Below, in pieces: positions 63,845-64,000 of a stretch of DNA of 64,000 nt. A model generated the notes under the pieces. It searched no databases and was not told where the DNA came from. It saw only the letters and a list, made by a program, of their open reading frames with translations. A program made the position numbers and the translations under genes. The stretch comes from Candidatus Bathyarchaeota archaeon. GTDB taxonomy: Archaea > Thermoproteota > Bathyarchaeia > Bathyarchaeales > Bathycorpusculaceae. Each line of letters opens with the position of its first letter. Within the stretch, counting starts at the first letter, position 1. The stretch covers positions 117,759 to 181,758 of the forward strand of contig CAWFFH010000001.1 in NCBI GenBank assembly GCA_963815095.1, read 5' to 3'.

Positions 63845-64000
63845 CTCGTTACACCTATTTAGGACAGTTAGATTAGTTCCAATATGTTGTTATTAATATT
63901 CAAAGATTACTCAAAAGGTTTTTCATAAAATTGTTTCAGGCGCAAAATTTTTGCCTTTACAACTTTTGAAGAATAAGAACGGAGTGTCAAGAAAAAAATT

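Overview
Archaeal chromosomal window, most consistent with Ca. Bathyarchaeia. The basis is an archaeal tRNA, TATA boxes, GGTGA/GGAGG Shine-Dalgarno motifs, HTH_45-type wHTH proteins, a PQQ-like beta-propeller surface protein and a PEF-CTERM protein; the taxon is inferred, not verified. The first ~6 kb holds a CopB-type Cu ATPase, a degenerate MobA, a MinD/ParA plus HTH cluster, a SagB-type nitroreductase and tRNA-Gly(GCC). The rest is a mosaic accessory region: ClpB, surface proteins, an ABC exporter, a solo Cas4-like nuclease, GH13, a PLP decarboxylase, three toxin-antitoxin loci, an Rrf2-controlled redox operon, tandem DUF72 genes, a radical SAM gene with an upstream candidate precursor, and a STAND-type ATPase. 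From ~32 kb onward the intergenic DNA is filled with several co-oriented families of short imperfect palindromes with period-3 arms, and with duplicated gene-end and promoter scraps. This suggests a cassette-shuffling or mosaic repeat system. Many frameshifts and internal stops, plus a 248-nt poly-T run, point to long-read consensus errors in the right half, so pseudogene calls there are provisional.
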